Below are positions 61,851-64,000 of a stretch of DNA of 64,000 nt, piece after piece. Both the position numbers and the translations under genes were made by a program. The stretch comes from Verrucomicrobiia bacterium. Its GTDB lineage: Bacteria > Methylomirabilota > Methylomirabilia > Rokubacteriales > CSP1-6. The notes under the pieces are model-generated. The model saw only the letters and a program-made list of their open reading frames with translations, was not told where the DNA came from and made no database searches. The DNA lies in contig DATJFY010000071.1 in NCBI GenBank assembly GCA_035495415.1, forward strand, positions 1,257 through 65,256, read 5' to 3'. Position 1 is the first letter of the stretch. Each line of letters opens with the position of its first letter.

Positions 61851-63038
61851 CTAGCGTGAGACGGTCAGGCGTTCGCGGCCGTAGTTGTCCGCGTCGACCC
61901 AGGGCTTGCCCTCGGCGAAGCGCGAGGCGCGGAAGGGCGTGAGGTCCATCAGGGCCGGCTTGCCCTCGGTGACCCACTCGGCGAGGCAGCGACCGATGGC
62001 GGGCGAGGTCTTGAACGAGGTGCCGGAGTCGCCGAGCATCACCCAGAGGCCGGGCACCGACGAGATCTGGTCGATGATGGCGCGGCCGTCCGCGGACATC
62101 ATGATCATCCCGGCCCAGCCGCCCCGCATCGTCGCCTCCGCGAACGCGGGCAGTCGTGCGGAGAGCTTCTCGCGGCAGAGGGTGACGTAGTCCGGGTCCA
62201 CGCCCTCGTTGTACTTCTCGGGATCGCCGTGGGAGACGCCCAGCTCCACCCCGATCAGCGTGGAGGCCGCGCCCTCCGGCCGTATCCACGCCTCGTGCGA
62301 GTCATCGCTGATCACGCAGTGGCGCCGGGTGAAGCCGGCCGGCCAGCGGAAGATGGACACCTGGATGCGGAACGGCGTGAGCGGCAGGCCGATTCCCAGG
62401 GGCTCCAGCAGCGTATGCGCCCACGCGCCCGGCACGAGCACCACCGCGGGGGTGTCGATGCGCCCGCCGGTGGTCTCCACCCCGGTGACGCGGCCGCGCT
62501 CGGTCACGACGCGCGTCGCCTCGCAGTGCGTGCGGATCTCGACGCCGAGGCGCCGGGCCGCCTCGGCGAGGGAGAACGTGGTGGCGTTCGGGTCGGCGTA
62601 GCCCGAGTCGGGCTCGTACGCGGCGCCCCCGAGGTCGTCCACGCGGCACTCGGGCAGGATCTCGCGCACCTCGTCGGAGGTGATCACGCGGGTCTTGATC
62701 CCGATCGCCTGCTGGGCGGCGACATTACGCTCCAACCGGTCGCGATGGCCGCGGGCCACCAGCTTCAAGTAGCCGAGCCGCTCGAAGCCGCAGTCGCCTC
62801 CGACCCGATGCTTCCAATCGTGGAAGTACTTGAGGCTCTCGTGAGCGAGGCGGGACTCGTGGGCGTTGGTGTAGTGCATGCGCACCAGCGAGCCCGACTT
62901 GCCGCTGGCCCCAGCGCCCAGCTGACGACGCTCCACCAGGATCACGCGCGTGACGCCACGCTCGGCCAGGTGAAATGCGGTGCTGCACCCGTTGACCCCG
63001 CCTCCGATGACGACGACGTCCGCAGTCTGATTGGCCAT
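61851..63038 (-). CDS. FAD-dependent oxidoreductase (DAO family, sarcosine-oxidase-beta-like)
   Basis: ATG at 63038. DVVVIGGGVNGCSTAFHLAERG. 395 aa. Confidence 0.9.
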   Translation of the reverse strand: MANQTADVVVIGGGVNGCSTAFHLAERGVTRVILVERRQLGAGASGKSGSLVRMHYTNAHESRLAHESLKYFHDWKHRVGGDCGFERLGYLKLVARGHRDRLERNVAAQQAIGIKTRVITSDEVREILPECRVDDLGGAAYEPDSGYADPNATTFSLAEAARRLGVEIRTHCEATRVVTERGRVTGVETTGGRIDTPAVVLVPGAWAHTLLEPLGIGLPLTPFRIQVSIFRWPAGFTRRHCVISDDSHEAWIRPEGAASTLIGVELGVSHGDPEKYNEGVDPDYVTLCREKLSARLPAFAEATMRGGWAGMIMMSADGRAIIDQISSVPGLWVMLGDSGTSFKTSPAIGRCLAEWVTEGKPALMDLTPFRASRFAEGKPWVDADNYGRERLTVSR

Positions 63039-63059
63039 AACGCGCGAATTCTCGCATGC

Positions 63060-63088
63060 TTGACAGGGCGAGGGGAAGGCCCTATAAG
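63060..63088 (+). promoter_or_regulatory. Candidate sigma-70 promoter TTGACA-N17-TATAAG
   Basis: TTGACA at 63060..63065 and TATAAG at 63083..63088. About 105-nt leader to the ATG at 63200. Confidence 0.5.
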
Positions 63089-63199
63089 GAGGACCACTCG
63101 AACCCTTCGGTCCCACGACCCGGAACCGGGGGTACCACGCAAGGCTGCGAGCTCAGGTCAGCGCCCAATCCCACATTTCTCGGTAAGGAGGAACGCAGC

Positions 63200-64000
63200 A
63201 TGACAGTGAGTCGTAGAGACCTACTCAAGGGCGCGGCCCTGGCCGGCGCGGCCGCCGCCTTGCCGGGCGGCCTGGCCGCTCCCGCCGCCGCCCAGACCTC
63301 TCAGAAGCGGGAGCTGGTGGTCGCCCAGGGCGGGGATATCGCCTGGCTCGACCCGCATATGAGCACGTCGTCGAACGACATCCGGATCTCGTTCAACATC
63401 TTTGACAACCTCACGAGCCGCCGACCCGACGGTAAACTGCTCGCCGGCCTCGCCACCGAGTGGAAGCTCCAGGGCCAGCAGGCGTGGATATTCAAGCTGC
63501 GTCAAGGGGTGAAATGGCACAACGGTGATCCGTTCACCTCGGCCGATGTCAAGTTCGCCATCGACCGAACTTACGATCCCGCCGCCAAGACACGCGTGAG
63601 CACAATTCTCACCACCATCGAGCGGATCGAGACGCCGGACGCGACGACGGTCGTGATGCATACCAAGAAGCCGGATCCGCTCCTGCCCGCACGCCTAGGT
63701 TTTTACGCCGGGCAGATCATGCCCAAGAAGTACTTCGAGTCGGTCGGCGCTGAGACCTTCAACCAGAAGCCCGTAGGCACCGGCCCGGTCCGCTTCGTGT
63801 CCTGGACCAAGGACGACAAGGTCGTGTTGGATGCCAACCCCGACTACTGGGGCGGCAAGCCGGACTTCGATCGTCTCATCGTGCGCGCCTTGCCCGAGAT
63901 GGCGCCGCGGATCGGCGCCCTACTCAAGGGGGAGATCGACATCGCCACCCAGGTCCCGCCGGACCAGGGGGAGAGGGTGCGGGGTAATGCGGGCACCACG
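63200..64000 (+). CDS. Family-5 ABC substrate-binding protein with Tat signal (3' end beyond the window)
   Basis: Not in the ORF track because it has no stop in the window. My manual translation from ATG 63200 (SD AAGGAGGA): MTVSRRDLLKGAALAGAAAALPGGLAAPAAAQ...LVVAQGGDIAWLDPH...GVKWHNGDPFTSADVKFAIDR...GTGPVRFVSWTKDDKVVLDANPDYWGG. Confidence 0.85.
   Translation, partial: MTVSRRDLLKGAALAGAAAALPGGLAAPAAAQTSQKRELVVAQGGDIAWLDPHMSTSSNDIRISFNIFDNLTSRRPDGKLLAGLATEWKLQGQQAWIFKLRQGVKWHNGDPFTSADVKFAIDRTYDPAAKTRVSTILTTIERIETPDATTVVMHTKKPDPLLPARLGFYAGQIMPKKYFESVGAETFNQKPVGTGPVRFVSWTKDDKVVLDANPDYWGGKPDFDRLIVRALPEMAPRIGALLKGEIDIATQVPPDQGERVRGNAGTT

Overview
GC-rich bacterial chromosomal segment with strong GC3 bias, so long spurious antisense ORFs are common. 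I support about 55 protein genes, one intact IS element and no rRNA, tRNA or CRISPR. Calls rest on motifs read from the translations, start-codon/SD context and gene overlaps; no database search was possible, so family names are recognition-level and many start codons are uncertain. Content, left to right: (1) a decayed dpp/opp-type peptide ABC operon (751-3020); (2) a membrane-anchored proline-rich receiver protein; (3) an SDR gene followed by an intact rve/DDE insertion sequence flanked by a 19-bp direct repeat; (4) dehydrogenase/aldo-keto reductase genes and a molybdopterin oxidoreductase; (5) a GT2 gene, an HD-like gene and a cobalt-type nitrile hydratase cluster (beta, alpha, fused accessory protein); (6) a 17.7-28.6 kb block that I consider the most interesting part; (7) housekeeping genes (xthA, mlaC-like, lhgO, ggt, class II RNR nrdJ, mlaA-like); (8) a discrete two-gene operon encoding a KAS III enzyme with a ~290-aa unknown N-terminal domain plus an alpha/beta hydrolase; (9) a tightly coupled URO-D-like / family-5 SBP / livGF / PNPOx / livK-like / livHM / GAF string; (10) a SARP-AAA-TPR regulator divergent from a secreted vanadium-haloperoxidase/PAP2-like gene; (11) a small catabolic cluster and a partial Tat-signal SBP at the window end. 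In block (6), four motifs with exact sigma-54 -24/-12 spacing surround a single NtrC-type enhancer-binding protein. They precede two tiny single-TM ORFs (33 and 45 aa), three histidine kinases, an orphan peptide-type SBP and a lytic transglycosylase. Main caveats: frameshifts may be assembly errors, promoter and operator calls are pattern matches only, and the small ORFs need experimental or comparative support.
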